Below, piece by piece: positions 1-9,637 of a DNA stretch of 64,000 bases. The DNA comes from an uncultured Gemmatimonadales bacterium (GTDB taxonomy: Bacteria; Gemmatimonadota; Gemmatimonadetes; Longimicrobiales; RSA9), in assembly GCA_963741945.1 (NCBI GenBank), contig CAVUKA010000001.1:32001-96000 (forward strand), written 5' to 3'. The position numbers and the translations under genes were made by a program. The stretch's first letter is position 1. The number at the start of each line of letters is the position of its first letter. Under the pieces are notes generated by a model, which did no database searches, was not told where the DNA came from, and saw only the letters and a program-made list of their open reading frames with translations.

Positions 1-292
1 TCTCCAGCTCATCGCGCAGCACCACCTCCGCGTGGGCGGTGGCCGTATTGCACGCGATCACCAGCAGCTTGATGTCCCGCGCCAGGAGAAAGCGGGCGGC
101 CTCGCGGGCGAAGCGCCGGACGGTGGCGGGAGACTTGGATCCGTACGGTACGCGGGCAGTGTCGCCGAAGTAGAGGATCGACTCGTGCGGCAGCCGGTGC
201 ACCAGCGCCTGCACCACCGTGAGGCCGCCGAACCCCGAATCGAACACGCCAATGGGCCGGTCACCGTCGACGGCCTCGTGGAGCGAGCTCAT
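1..292 (-). CDS. murI: glutamate racemase (5' part; runs off the left edge)
   Basis: Manual translation from ATG at 292: [26 protein letters not shown]...[14 protein letters not shown]...LVIACNTA, matching the MurI DSGxGG, YGxKS and CNTA motifs. ATGA overlap with the upstream gene. Absent from the ORF track. Confidence 0.95.
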   Translation of the reverse strand, partial: MSSLHEAVDGDRPIGVFDSGFGGLTVVQALVHRLPHESILYFGDTARVPYGSKSPATVRRFAREAARFLLARDIKLLVIACNTATAHAEVVLRDELE

Positions 293-945
293 GGTCGCCT
301 CCGGGGCACGGCAAGGCGCACTCCCACGGAAACGGCGCGGTAGCCGGCGGGCTCGACGTCGATCGTCGCCGGGAAATCGGAGAGCTGCGCGTTCACGTAC
401 GCGTCCACCCCGGACGCCAGGACCCAGAAGATGGACCACGCGATCCAGTCCTGGCGTTGCTGCTTGCGGCCGCGCACCAGCTTGCGCAGGTCGTTCCCCG
501 TGGAGTCGGCCCGCACGGCCGTGTCGACGACGTTCGGGAACGAGTCGATCTGGGCCCGCATGGAATCGGGGTCCGGCGCAGCGGCGACCAGCGAGTCCAC
601 GATCTCGGAGCGTCGCCGATCGAAGAGCTCCTCGGCGGTGTGGATGCGCACCGCGTTGCGGAAGTTCATGTACCAGTTCCCCGCCCAGCCGGCGAAATAG
701 ATGCCACCGCGGAAGTTGGAGCCGAACGCGGCCTGGCCCCAGCCGGGGACGAGCATGGACCGGATCATCGCATCGCGCGGCGCCATCGGTCGGACGGTGT
801 CGCCGGCCGCCGGTTCCACCTCGACGGTGGTCTCGGGGGTGACGATGACGGAGTCCACCGGCACCTGCGAGGTGTCGCCGACCTGTGCGCGGAGCGGCGA
901 GGCGGCGAGGAGCAGGAGGGCGGCGGGGAGAAGCCAGCGGCTCAT
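289..945 (-). CDS. DUF5683-like exported/membrane protein
   Basis: Signal peptide [21 protein letters not shown]; '[14 protein letters not shown]' and '[11 protein letters not shown]' motifs typical of DUF5683; ATGA overlaps at both ends. Confidence 0.7.
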   Translation of the reverse strand: MSRWLLPAALLLLAASPLRAQVGDTSQVPVDSVIVTPETTVEVEPAAGDTVRPMAPRDAMIRSMLVPGWGQAAFGSNFRGGIYFAGWAGNWYMNFRNAVRIHTAEELFDRRRSEIVDSLVAAAPDPDSMRAQIDSFPNVVDTAVRADSTGNDLRKLVRGRKQQRQDWIAWSIFWVLASGVDAYVNAQLSDFPATIDVEPAGYRAVSVGVRLAVPRRRP

Positions 946-1877
946 CCCGGACCGGGGCCGACGAGGATGGGGAGCGCGGCCGGGACCAGCCGCAGGGAGA
1001 GTCGGCGCAGGCCGGGCGGCTCGTGCAGCTCCCCGTCCAGCTGGAAGAAGATCGGGTCGGGTCCGAGCGCCTCGATGTCGACGGTCGTGGCGCGGAACAT
1101 CTCCACCTCCGGGTGCTGCTCGTGCTTGCCGCGCATGATCTGCGGGAGGGCGCGCATGGCGCCGAAGAACGAAAGCTCGTTGACGATACAGATCTCGAAC
1201 ACACCGTCCCCAGGTTCCGCGCTCGGGCAGATCCAGAATCCGCCCCCGATGCACCGGCCGTTCGCCACCGCGATGATCATCGTGTCCCGCTCGATGACCT
1301 CGTCGTCCATGCGGATGCGGAACGGGATGGCGCGATAGCTCACGAGCGAGCGCAGGACCGCGGCCAGGTACTTCGTGATGGCCGGGCTCGGCCGCCCCCG
1401 TCGGCGCTGCACCTGCCGGACCACTTCCACGTCGATCCCCGTCCCTGCCGCATTGACGAACCACTGAGATCGCCCCTCCCACTCGGCGACCGCGGCGTCG
1501 AAGCGGCGGAGGTCGTGGGCGGCGATGATGTCGAGGGACGCCTCCAGGTCACCGAGCGGGCCGATGAGCTTGGCAAAATCGTTGCCGGTGCCCACGGGCA
1601 GCACGGCCAGGACGGGCCCATCCACCCCCTGGGCCAGCGCCTTGAGCAGGCCGTTGGCGACTTCGTGAATCGTGCCGTCTCCGCCCGCAGCGATGATGAT
1701 GTCGTAGCGGGCGCGAGCGGACTCCAGCCCGAGCGTCACCGCCTCGCGCGGCCCCGTGGTGGAGACGATGTCCGCCTCGATCCCGCGGCGCTCGAGGCCC
1801 ACGAGGATCCGCTCGGCAGCGGTGCCGGCCCGGCCATCCCCGGCCGTGGGGTTCAGAATCACGCGTGCTCTGGGCAT
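942..1877 (-). CDS. diacylglycerol/lipid kinase family protein (YegS/DagK-like)
   Basis: [37 protein letters not shown] and QLDGE motifs. Confidence 0.9.
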   Translation of the reverse strand: MPRARVILNPTAGDGRAGTAAERILVGLERRGIEADIVSTTGPREAVTLGLESARARYDIIIAAGGDGTIHEVANGLLKALAQGVDGPVLAVLPVGTGNDFAKLIGPLGDLEASLDIIAAHDLRRFDAAVAEWEGRSQWFVNAAGTGIDVEVVRQVQRRRGRPSPAITKYLAAVLRSLVSYRAIPFRIRMDDEVIERDTMIIAVANGRCIGGGFWICPSAEPGDGVFEICIVNELSFFGAMRALPQIMRGKHEQHPEVEMFRATTVDIEALGPDPIFFQLDGELHEPPGLRRLSLRLVPAALPILVGPGPG

Positions 1878-1909
1878 GCGCCGGATGGTACGCGGGGCCG
1901 CGCGGCCGG

Positions 1910-2572
1910 TCAATCGCCCAGGACGCGGCCCAGCGCGTCCCGGATGGCGTCGGGCGCGAAGCCGCGGCGCGCCAGGTGCCCGTAGAGCCGATGTCGTGCC
2001 CGGGCCGCGTCGTCCCGCGACGCCCGGGCCGCCTCCACCACCCGGGCGTTCCGCCGCAGCCACGCCTCGGCCGCGTCCGTGGCCAGAGCGAGCTCGTCCA
2101 CGTCCTCGGCGTCGAGGACCCGCTCGATGGCCGACGCGGCCACGTCCCGGGCCACACCCTTCTTCCTGAGCTCCTGGAGCAGCCCCACGCGACCGCGGGG
2201 ACGGAGGCGGAGGCGATCGCGGATGAACGCGTCCGCGAACGCGTCGTCGTCCAGGTAGCCTCGCTCGTCCAGCCAGCCCATGGCCTGCTCGATGGCGCCG
2301 CCGCTCAGCGATTTCCGCTCCAGCCGCCGGCGCAGCTCCGCCCGCGAACGCGCACGATGTGAGAGGAGTGAGAGGGCGGCATCGCGCGCGCGGAAGATCT
2401 CGTCCTCCCGCTCCAGCCGCTCGAGGTCGGCGGCATCCAGCTCTGCGCCCACGCGCAGCCCGTGGGAGGCCACCAGCTCCAGCGCGAGCTCGGCCACGGG
2501 CGCGTCCTGGCCGGCCACATGGAGGCGGACCCGCTCGCGGCGGGGGTGGCGCTTGAGGGAAGTGATGCGCAT
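1910..2572 (-). CDS. recX: regulatory protein RecX
   Basis: 'ALSLLSHRARSRAELRRRL', 'GYLDDDAFA', 'ELRKKGV', 'LARRGF'. Confidence 0.88.
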   Translation of the reverse strand: MRITSLKRHPRRERVRLHVAGQDAPVAELALELVASHGLRVGAELDAADLERLEREDEIFRARDAALSLLSHRARSRAELRRRLERKSLSGGAIEQAMGWLDERGYLDDDAFADAFIRDRLRLRPRGRVGLLQELRKKGVARDVAASAIERVLDAEDVDELALATDAAEAWLRRNARVVEAARASRDDAARARHRLYGHLARRGFAPDAIRDALGRVLGD

Positions 2573-2738
2573 GCGGGGAAAGGAAAGGAGGGAGTCGGGG
2601 CGGCGCAATGGGAAACCGGGAACCGGCGCCGTGCGCCGTCGCCGGCGCGCACCGCGCGTCGTTCGGATCGGGGGAGGCGGGCGCCCGGGGTGGGGCGTAT
2701 CTTGGAAAGGTCGTGGACCGATCCAATGGAGAGACCTC

Positions 2739-3503
2739 GTGAGACACGCTGCCGTGCTGCTGTTCCTGGGAACGATCGCCACCGGGTGCGCCACCGCATC
2801 GCCGCCCGCGTCCGCCGGACCGGCGCCCGTGGCGGCGCCCGAGTCGCCGAGCGCGGAGAACGCGGCACAGCGACACCTGGAAGTCCACTGGGTTCGGAGC
2901 TCGGCGGAGTACCGTGCCCTCACGTTCCAGGTCTACCGGGACGCGGGCGCGCGGATCGAAGCGCTGGCGCCCGGACTCGGGACGGGCGACTGGGCGGTGG
3001 CGCTGGACGCGGACGAAACGGTGCTGGACAACAGCGAGTTCGAGCGTCGCCTGGCCGAGAGCGGCGAGGCGTTCGAGGAGCGCATGTGGGACGAGTGGGT
3101 CAACGAGGAAGCGGCGGGAGCCGTGCCCGGTGCGGTGGAGTTCATCCACCTGGTCCAGAGCCTCGGCGGCCGCGTGGTGATCGTGACCAACCGGGACCAG
3201 CGCCTGTGTCCGGCCACGAAGCGGAACCTGGTCGCCCTGGGCGTTCGACCCGCCGTGGTGCTGTGCGAGACGGACACGGGTGAGAAGGAGCCGCGCTACC
3301 GCATGGTGGAGCGCGGGACCGCGGCGCCGGACCTCCCGCCGCTGGACATCGTGATGTGGGTGGGGGACAACATCAAGGACTTCCCGGGGCTCGACCAGTC
3401 GGTGCGCGATGCCCCGCCGGAAGCGCTGGCCGCGTTCGGGCGAAGCTTCTTCATCCTCCCGAACCCCATGTACGGCAGCTGGATCGGCAACGCCTGGCGC
3501 TGA
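2739..3503 (+). CDS. 5'-nucleotidase/acid phosphatase lipoprotein, e(P4) family (HAD)
   Basis: GTG start after GGAGAG; lipobox IATGC; DADETVLDN, VTNR, VGDNIKDF and LPNPMYGSW motifs. Confidence 0.88.
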   Translation: MRHAAVLLFLGTIATGCATASPPASAGPAPVAAPESPSAENAAQRHLEVHWVRSSAEYRALTFQVYRDAGARIEALAPGLGTGDWAVALDADETVLDNSEFERRLAESGEAFEERMWDEWVNEEAAGAVPGAVEFIHLVQSLGGRVVIVTNRDQRLCPATKRNLVALGVRPAVVLCETDTGEKEPRYRMVERGTAAPDLPPLDIVMWVGDNIKDFPGLDQSVRDAPPEALAAFGRSFFILPNPMYGSWIGNAWR

Positions 3504-3509
3504 CGCGGG

Positions 3510-3606
3510 TGGCGGGAGCGTGTGGGAATCGAACCCACCAGCCGGGGTTCAGCCCCGGCTCAACGCTTTTGAAGAGCGCGCCAGCCACCAGACCAGATCC
3601 GCCCCC
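3510..3606 (-). tRNA. selC: tRNA-Sec (anticodon UCA)
   Basis: Minus strand folds as GGGGGCGG AU CUGGUC-UGGU-GGCUGG C GCGCU-CUUCAAA-AGCGU UG AGCCGGGG-CUGAA-CCCCGGCU G GUGGG-UUCGAUU-CCCAC ACGCUCCC G CCA: 8/5 fold, 6-bp D stem, long variable arm, G discriminator, encoded CCA. Confidence 0.95.
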
Positions 3607-3633
3607 TCGCTCCGCGTCCACCCTTCCCGGCCA

Positions 3634-3663
3634 AGGCTAACGCCCGTCGGGAAGGTCCGGCAA
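3634..3663 (-). promoter_or_regulatory. candidate sigma70 promoter for selC
   Basis: TTGCCG-N18-TAGCCT on the minus strand, ~28 nt upstream of the mature tRNA 5' end. Confidence 0.4.
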
Positions 3664-3678
3664 GCCGTTCGGGCCCCG

Positions 3679-4833
3679 CTACACCGCGGCGGCCAGCGCA
3701 TCCCGCAGCGCGGCGATGTCGTCGGCGTCGTTGTACACGTTGGGCGACACCCGCACGGCGCTCCCCCGGAGCGAAACGTAGACGGACCGCTGCTCGAGCG
3801 CCGCCCGCACTTCCTCGTTGTCCAGTGCCCCGGTGGCGCGGAGCCCGAACAGGTGGGCGGCGCGGCCGGCCTCTTCGTCCGCCTCGAACCCGAGCTCCGG
3901 CACGGCGGCGAACAGGTCGGCCGTGAGGGCGCGGCAGTACGCCTCGATGGCCGCCGGGCTCCAGGCCGTGACCTGCTCCAGCGCCGCGATCGCCATGGGC
4001 ATGAGCGCGAAGTTGCTGCGCCCGCCCACGTCGTAGCGTGCGGCGGCCGGCCGGTAGGCATCGTTGTAGGCGACGAGGTTCCTGAAATCTTCGCTCCCCT
4101 CCCGCGCCAGCCACGTCTCCTCCAGCGGCGTCCCACCGTCGTAGCGCGGTCCGAACCAGCCGAAGCCCACGGAGTACGGGCCCAGCAGCCACTTGTACGC
4201 CGCGCACACCAGCGCGTCCGGGCGGACCACCTCCACATCGAACGGCGCGGCGCCGACCAGCTGTGTGCCGTCCACCACGAACGCCGCTCCCTGTTCCCTG
4301 GCCCGCGCGCCGATGGAAACCAGGTCGAACACGGTGCCATCCGTCCAGTGCACCGGGGCGAGCGCCACCACGGCCGTGTCCGCGTCGATGGCCTCGAGGA
4401 GGCGGGCGCTCCAGGAGCGACTCCGACCCCGGACTTCCGCGGGAGCGGCCACCACCCTCAGCTCGGCGCCGCTCTCCCGGGCCAGGCGCCGCCATGGCAG
4501 CGCGTTGCTCGGGAACTGACCCTCCGCCATGATGATGTTCTGGCCCGGGGAAACGGGTGTATTCCTGGCCGCCACCGAGATCCCGTACGACACCGCCGGG
4601 AGGATCGCCACGCGCTCCGGCTCGGCCGACCCCACCAGCCCCGCGAACAGCCGCCTCGCCTCGTCCGCACCCGCGAAGAAATCGCGCGTGCTGACGTCCA
4701 TGGGGAAACGCTTTCGCACCACCGCCGCGAGCCCGGCCGCCTCCACTCGCTTCGGCAGCGGCGACATGTACGCGCCATTCAGGTAGTGCGCGCCATCGGG
4801 GAGGGAGAACGCGTGTTTCTGGCAGTCGAGCAT
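3679..4833 (-). CDS. aminotransferase class V-fold PLP-dependent enzyme
   Basis: YLNGAYMSP, VDGTQLVGA, PLP lysine in AAYKWLLGP, C-terminal VRVSPNVYN; no SufS/IscS catalytic Cys motif visible. Confidence 0.88.
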   Translation of the reverse strand: MLDCQKHAFSLPDGAHYLNGAYMSPLPKRVEAAGLAAVVRKRFPMDVSTRDFFAGADEARRLFAGLVGSAEPERVAILPAVSYGISVAARNTPVSPGQNIIMAEGQFPSNALPWRRLARESGAELRVVAAPAEVRGRSRSWSARLLEAIDADTAVVALAPVHWTDGTVFDLVSIGARAREQGAAFVVDGTQLVGAAPFDVEVVRPDALVCAAYKWLLGPYSVGFGWFGPRYDGGTPLEETWLAREGSEDFRNLVAYNDAYRPAAARYDVGGRSNFALMPMAIAALEQVTAWSPAAIEAYCRALTADLFAAVPELGFEADEEAGRAAHLFGLRATGALDNEEVRAALEQRSVYVSLRGSAVRVSPNVYNDADDIAALRDALAAAV

Positions 4834-5011
4834 GGAGCGATCCCGGGCAACGGGTGACGGGTGACGGGCGCGCGCAGCCCACGCCCGCGTCCGGCAGACT
4901 ACGACCCCGTCGCCCGCAACGGCAAGATGACTCCGCGGCCGGGCGGCCCCTGTTGGCTGGCGCGACGGCGGGATACGTTCGGCGCGGCGCGGGACGCATA
5001 CGGGGGAAAGC

Positions 5012-5902
5012 ATGTCGGAGCGGGCTGCAGAAGGGGCGGGCGGGCGGGCGTTGATCCCGGCGGGGATCCGGTTCATGGCGGGCGCCGCGTTCTTCTTCAG
5101 CATCATGAGCCTGCTGGTGAAGACGGCGGGCCAGCGGCTGCCGGTCCAGGAAGTGGTGCTGGCGAGGTCGGCGGTAGGCGCCGGCCTGAGCTGGTGGTAC
5201 CTGCAGCGCCGAGGGATCCCGGCGCGCGGGACGCGCCGCGGGCTCCTCTTCCTGCGCGGGCTTCTGGGCTATGGCGCGTTGAGCTGCTTCTTCTTCGCCG
5301 TGGTGCACCTGCCGCTGGCCGACGCCACGGTCATGCAGTACACGAACCCGGTCTTCACGGCCGTGCTGGCGGCGATCTTCCTCTCGGAAGCGCTCCGAAT
5401 CCGGGACGTGGGCCTGGTCCTCCTGAGCCTCATGGGCGTCGTTCTGATGATGCGGCCCGGGTTCCTGTTCGGGGGCGGTGGCGTGCGACTGGACCCGGTG
5501 GCAGTCGGGATCGCGCTCCTCGGCGCGCTTTTCAGCGCCACCGCCTATGTGGTGGTCCGGCACCTGACGCGGACCGAAGACCCGCTGGTGATCGTCTTCC
5601 ATTTCGCCATTGTGGCCACGGTCGCGTCCATTCCCTTCACGATCGCGCACGCTACCCCGCCCACGGCCGTGGAGTGGCTCGCGCTGATCGGGATCGGCGT
5701 GGTCACGCAGGTCGCGCAGATCTTCCTGACGCGCGGGCTCCGGGAGGAGCGTGCCGGCCGGGCCATGACGGTGGGGTACCTGCAGATCGTGTTCGCGGCG
5801 GCGTGGGGCGTGCTGTTCTTCCACGAAGTGCCGGACGCGTGGGCGTTCGCCGGTGCGGGCTTGATCGTGATCGGTACCGCTGGGGTGGCGCGCAGCCACT
5901 GA
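5012..5902 (+). CDS. DMT/EamA family transporter
   Basis: ~10 hydrophobic segments in two repeats; 'LPLADATVMQYTNPVFTAVLAAIFLSE'. Confidence 0.9.
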   Translation: MSERAAEGAGGRALIPAGIRFMAGAAFFFSIMSLLVKTAGQRLPVQEVVLARSAVGAGLSWWYLQRRGIPARGTRRGLLFLRGLLGYGALSCFFFAVVHLPLADATVMQYTNPVFTAVLAAIFLSEALRIRDVGLVLLSLMGVVLMMRPGFLFGGGGVRLDPVAVGIALLGALFSATAYVVVRHLTRTEDPLVIVFHFAIVATVASIPFTIAHATPPTAVEWLALIGIGVVTQVAQIFLTRGLREERAGRAMTVGYLQIVFAAAWGVLFFHEVPDAWAFAGAGLIVIGTAGVARSH

Positions 5903-5960
5903 TCGGCATGCATCCTGCCCCGATCGTCGCGTCGCGGACGCGAACGGCGGGGGGCGACCG

Positions 5961-7310
5961 GTGGGACTCGACAAGCTGACGGCGCTGTGGAACCGGGCGA
6001 AGGACAGCCTGTGGTTCGTCCCCGCCATGATGACTCTGGCGGCGGGCGGCCTCGCGTACGCGGCGGTCTGGCTCGATCTGGCCGGGGTGCTCCCCCGCTC
6101 GCAGGCCAGCATCTGGATCTTCAGCGGGAGCGCGTCGGGCGCCCGCGGTGTGCTGACCGCCATCGCATCGGGGTTCATCACGGTGACCGGCGTGGTGTTC
6201 TCCGTCACGATCGTCGCGCTCCAGCTGGCGTCCACACAGTTCACCCCGCGCATCCTCCGCAACTTCATGGCGGACCGCGGCAACCAGGTGGTGCTGGGCG
6301 CGTTCATCGGGACGTTCACGTACGCGCTGCTGGTGCTCCGCGTGGTGCGCGGCGGCGACGGGTCCGGCGCGCTGGCTGGCGGGAGCGCGGAGTCCACCGC
6401 GTTCGTTCCCAATATCGCGGTCACGGGCGCGGTGGTGCTGGCCATCGTGAGCATCGGGCTGCTCATCTACTTCATCGACCACTCGGCCCGCTCGGTGCAG
6501 GCGTCCTCCATCATCCACAGGGTCACGGACGACGGCATGCGCGCGCTCCAGCGACTCCTGCCGGAGACCGTGGGCGTGCCCACGCACGATGAAGTGGAGT
6601 CGGTCATCCCGGCGTCGCTGGGGAACGTGATCGTTGCGGAGCGAAGCGGCTACGTGCAGGGGCTGGATCACAGTGCGCTGCTGGAGCTCCTGGACCGTGG
6701 CAGCCTCACGATCCGGATCGAGCGACGCGTGGGCGACTTCCTCCTCCCGGGCACCGCGGTGGCCACGGTCTGGCCAGCGGGAACCGACATCGACGGCGAC
6801 GGCACGGTGGACACAGTGCGTGACGCTTTCATCGTGGGCCGACAGCGAACGCCGCACATGGACCTCGAGCTGGCGCTGATCGAGCTCGTGGACGTGGCCG
6901 TGAAGGCGCTCTCGCCCGGCATCAACGACCCGACCACGGCCACGTTGTGCGTCGATCGGATCATCGAGCTGCTCCTCGCCTTCGCACAGCGCACCCTCCC
7001 GGGCCGCGTCCGCCGCTCCGATCACGGCCGCGGCGCTCTCGTTCTCCCGCGCCCCGAGTTCGGCAGCCTCATGACCGTGTCGTTCGATCAGATCCGTCAT
7101 TTCGGCGCCGGCAACCCGCGCTTCGCCATCACGCTGCTGGACCGGCTGGAGCAGCTGGGGACCCTGGTGCCCCACGGGCATCGCCCGACGGTGGCACGCC
7201 ACGCGGCCGCCACGCTCCGGACCGCATCCACCCGCGTGGAAGAAGGATCGGATCGGGCGCAGCTGCGCCGCACCGGTGAGCGGGTCCTGGCCGCGCTGTC
7301 ACCTCCCTGA
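5961..7310 (+). CDS. DUF2254 family membrane protein
   Basis: 'VFSVTIVALQLASTQFTPRILRNF', 'SGYVQ', 'KALSPGINDPTTA'. Confidence 0.88.
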   Translation: MGLDKLTALWNRAKDSLWFVPAMMTLAAGGLAYAAVWLDLAGVLPRSQASIWIFSGSASGARGVLTAIASGFITVTGVVFSVTIVALQLASTQFTPRILRNFMADRGNQVVLGAFIGTFTYALLVLRVVRGGDGSGALAGGSAESTAFVPNIAVTGAVVLAIVSIGLLIYFIDHSARSVQASSIIHRVTDDGMRALQRLLPETVGVPTHDEVESVIPASLGNVIVAERSGYVQGLDHSALLELLDRGSLTIRIERRVGDFLLPGTAVATVWPAGTDIDGDGTVDTVRDAFIVGRQRTPHMDLELALIELVDVAVKALSPGINDPTTATLCVDRIIELLLAFAQRTLPGRVRRSDHGRGALVLPRPEFGSLMTVSFDQIRHFGAGNPRFAITLLDRLEQLGTLVPHGHRPTVARHAAATLRTASTRVEEGSDRAQLRRTGERVLAALSPP

Positions 7311-7372
7311 GCGCGCGGTGGCGCGGGCATCGTCGTTGCCAGCGACTGCCGCGCCGCTATCTTTCGGGCGTC

Positions 7373-9169
7373 ATGAAGATCCGCTACCTGGACGGCGACC
7401 GCCTGCGCCGCGCCCTGATCGCCGCGTGCGACCACGCGCGTCGGGGGAAGTCCGAGCTGAACCGGATCAACGTGTTCCCGGTTCCGGACGGCGATACGGG
7501 CACGAACCTGGCCCTGACCGTCTCCTCGGTCTCCGACGAGCTCAGGCGCAACACGGACTTCGGCGTGGGCGCCGTGGCGAAGGCGGCCGCCGAGGCGGGC
7601 GTTCTCGGCGCGCGCGGCAACTGCGGGATGATCCTGTCGCACTGGCTGATCGGCCTCTCCGAATCGTTCCGCGAACGGGGCCGCGTGCACGTGGACGAGC
7701 TGAAGACGGCGCTGCGCCGCGCGGCCGACCACATCTACGCGTCCCTCGACAAGCCGGTGGAAGGGACCATGCTGACGGTGATGCGGGCGGCGGCGGACGC
7801 GGCGGAAGAGTGCACGAGCCCGGATCTGGCCGAGCTCCACAGCCGCATCCTGACCCGGGCGCGCGAGGCGCTGGCCCGCACGCCGGACATGCTGCCGGCG
7901 CTCAAGAGGGCGGGCGTGGTCGATGCCGGCGCGAAAGGGTTCGTCCAGTGGCTGGAAGGGATCGGTGAGCTGCTGGAAGGTCAGCCCATCCAGCCCATCG
8001 AGCCCGCGCCCGACTACGGCGATGCCGAGCCCGTGGCCGCGGCCGAGTTTCCCGCCCATGACAGCCGCTACCGCTTCTGCACTGAAGCGCTCGTTCGCGG
8101 CAATGCGGTGCCGGCGGAAGCGGTGGTCCGGTCGGTCCTGCGCGAGCACGGCGATTCGCTGATCGTGATCCGCGGCGAGGACCTGCTGAAAGTCCACGTC
8201 CACACGGATGACCCGGAGCGCGTGTTCGCCTATCTGCGGACCGTGGGTCGCCTGGAGTCGCACAAGGCGGAGGACATGGAAGCGCAGCACCGGGCGGTCG
8301 GTCGGGGGACCGGCCTGGCCCGGCGCCCCGTCACCGTGGTGACCGACAGCGGCGCCGACCTGCCGGAAGCCGTGGTCCGCGCGCACGGCATCCACGTCGT
8401 GCCCCTCTCGCTGGTCTACGACACGCGCGTGCTGCGGGACGGGATCGACATCGACCCGGACACGTTCGTGGAGCGGCTCCGGCGCGACGAGCACCCCACC
8501 ACCTCACAGCCCCCGCCCGCCGCGTTCTTCGAGTCCTACGACCGCGCGGCCGCGGACGGGGAAGCGATCGTGGCGGTGCTGCTGGCCTCGAGACTGTCGG
8601 GGACGTTCGCGTCGGCGCAGACGGCCGCCCGGCAGTTCGAGGGTGCCCGCGTCCACCTCGTGGATTCGCGCTCCGCGTCCGTTTCGGAGGGGCTGCTGAC
8701 CATGAAGGCCGCAGAGCTCGCCGAGCTGGGGTGGGAGCCGGCAGACATCGTGACGGAGCTGAATCGTGTCCGCGACCAGTCCGGCATCCTCTTCACCGTG
8801 GACACATTCGACCGGCTGATCGCATCCGGCCGCGTGAGCCGCGGGCGGGCGTGGCTGGGGGGCCTGCTGGACATCAAGCCGATCCTGTACGTGGACCTCG
8901 AGGGCGCGGTTAAGCCGCTGGCAAAGGTCCGCGGCGCCGATGCGCTGCTCCCGCGCGTGCTGGGGATCCTGGAGGAGCGAATCGGGGACGCACGCCAGTT
9001 CCGCTTCGGCGTGGTCCACGTGGACGCGGCCGAGATGGCCGAGCGCGTACGGGAATCGCTCCGCGCGCGGTTCGGCGACCGTGATATCCTGCTTTCCCCC
9101 GCCACGCCCGTGATCGCCACGCACATCGGTCGGGGTGCGTGGGCGGTGGCCTACCAGGTGGAGGACTGA
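7373..9169 (+). CDS. DAK2 (FakA-like) - DegV (FakB-like) fusion, putative fatty acid kinase
   Basis: N-terminal NVFPVPDGDTGTN, GARGN and VVDAGAKG; middle FCTE...KVHVHTDDP; C-terminal DegV motifs VVTDSGADLP, TTSQP, SGTFASA, VIATHIG. Confidence 0.88.
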   Translation: MKIRYLDGDRLRRALIAACDHARRGKSELNRINVFPVPDGDTGTNLALTVSSVSDELRRNTDFGVGAVAKAAAEAGVLGARGNCGMILSHWLIGLSESFRERGRVHVDELKTALRRAADHIYASLDKPVEGTMLTVMRAAADAAEECTSPDLAELHSRILTRAREALARTPDMLPALKRAGVVDAGAKGFVQWLEGIGELLEGQPIQPIEPAPDYGDAEPVAAAEFPAHDSRYRFCTEALVRGNAVPAEAVVRSVLREHGDSLIVIRGEDLLKVHVHTDDPERVFAYLRTVGRLESHKAEDMEAQHRAVGRGTGLARRPVTVVTDSGADLPEAVVRAHGIHVVPLSLVYDTRVLRDGIDIDPDTFVERLRRDEHPTTSQPPPAAFFESYDRAAADGEAIVAVLLASRLSGTFASAQTAARQFEGARVHLVDSRSASVSEGLLTMKAAELAELGWEPADIVTELNRVRDQSGILFTVDTFDRLIASGRVSRGRAWLGGLLDIKPILYVDLEGAVKPLAKVRGADALLPRVLGILEERIGDARQFRFGVVHVDAAEMAERVRESLRARFGDRDILLSPATPVIATHIGRGAWAVAYQVED

Positions 9170-9227
9170 GGACGCGACCCCGGCAGCGGGCACGGCCCCC
9201 ACTCGCGGCGCGCTCGCCGCTGCGGCC

Positions 9228-9614
9228 TCACGCCGTGGTCGCGATCGCGTCGATCTCCACCCGCACCCCCTTGGGCAGCGCGCTCACCTCGACGGTGGAG
9301 CGAGCGGGCTTGTGGGCGTCGAAGAACCGGCCGTAGACCTCGTTCATGGCCGCGAAATCACCGATCTCGGTCAGGTAGACGGTGGTCTTGAGCACGGAAT
9401 CGAGGCTGGTGCCAGCCTCCTCCAGGATGGCCCGCAGGCTGCGCAACACGCGCTCGGTCTGCTGCGCCACATCGCCATCGATCACCTGCATGGTGGCCGG
9501 GTCGAGGGCGATCTGACCCGCGGTGAAAACCAGGTCGCCGAACCTGAGCGCCTGACTGTACGGCCCGATGGCCTGCGGCGCCGAGTCCGTGTGGACCGTC
9601 TTGATATCCGCCAT
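9228..9614 (-). CDS. ridA: RidA/YjgF family enamine deaminase
   Basis: APQAIGPYSQA, AGQIALDP, KTTVYL, PARSTVEVSALPKGVRVEID; RBS GAGGAG. Confidence 0.93.
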   Translation of the reverse strand: MADIKTVHTDSAPQAIGPYSQALRFGDLVFTAGQIALDPATMQVIDGDVAQQTERVLRSLRAILEEAGTSLDSVLKTTVYLTEIGDFAAMNEVYGRFFDAHKPARSTVEVSALPKGVRVEIDAIATTA

Positions 9615-9637
9615 TTCGTTTCTCCTCGATCAGTCGT

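Noticed and set aside
942-3149. Long N-terminal extensions or apparent fusions in the ORF track (e.g. 942-3149, 9740-11581, 10294-12453, 25216-26952, 41340-43334, 55880-60574)
   Set aside because: The upstream parts are Arg/Pro/Gly-rich off-frame readings overlapping other real genes; internal starts with an RBS or stop-start overlap explain the true proteins.
3490-3680. Genomic island integrated at selC
   Set aside because: No integrase and no duplicated tRNA 3' end was noticed; housekeeping-type genes abut both sides.
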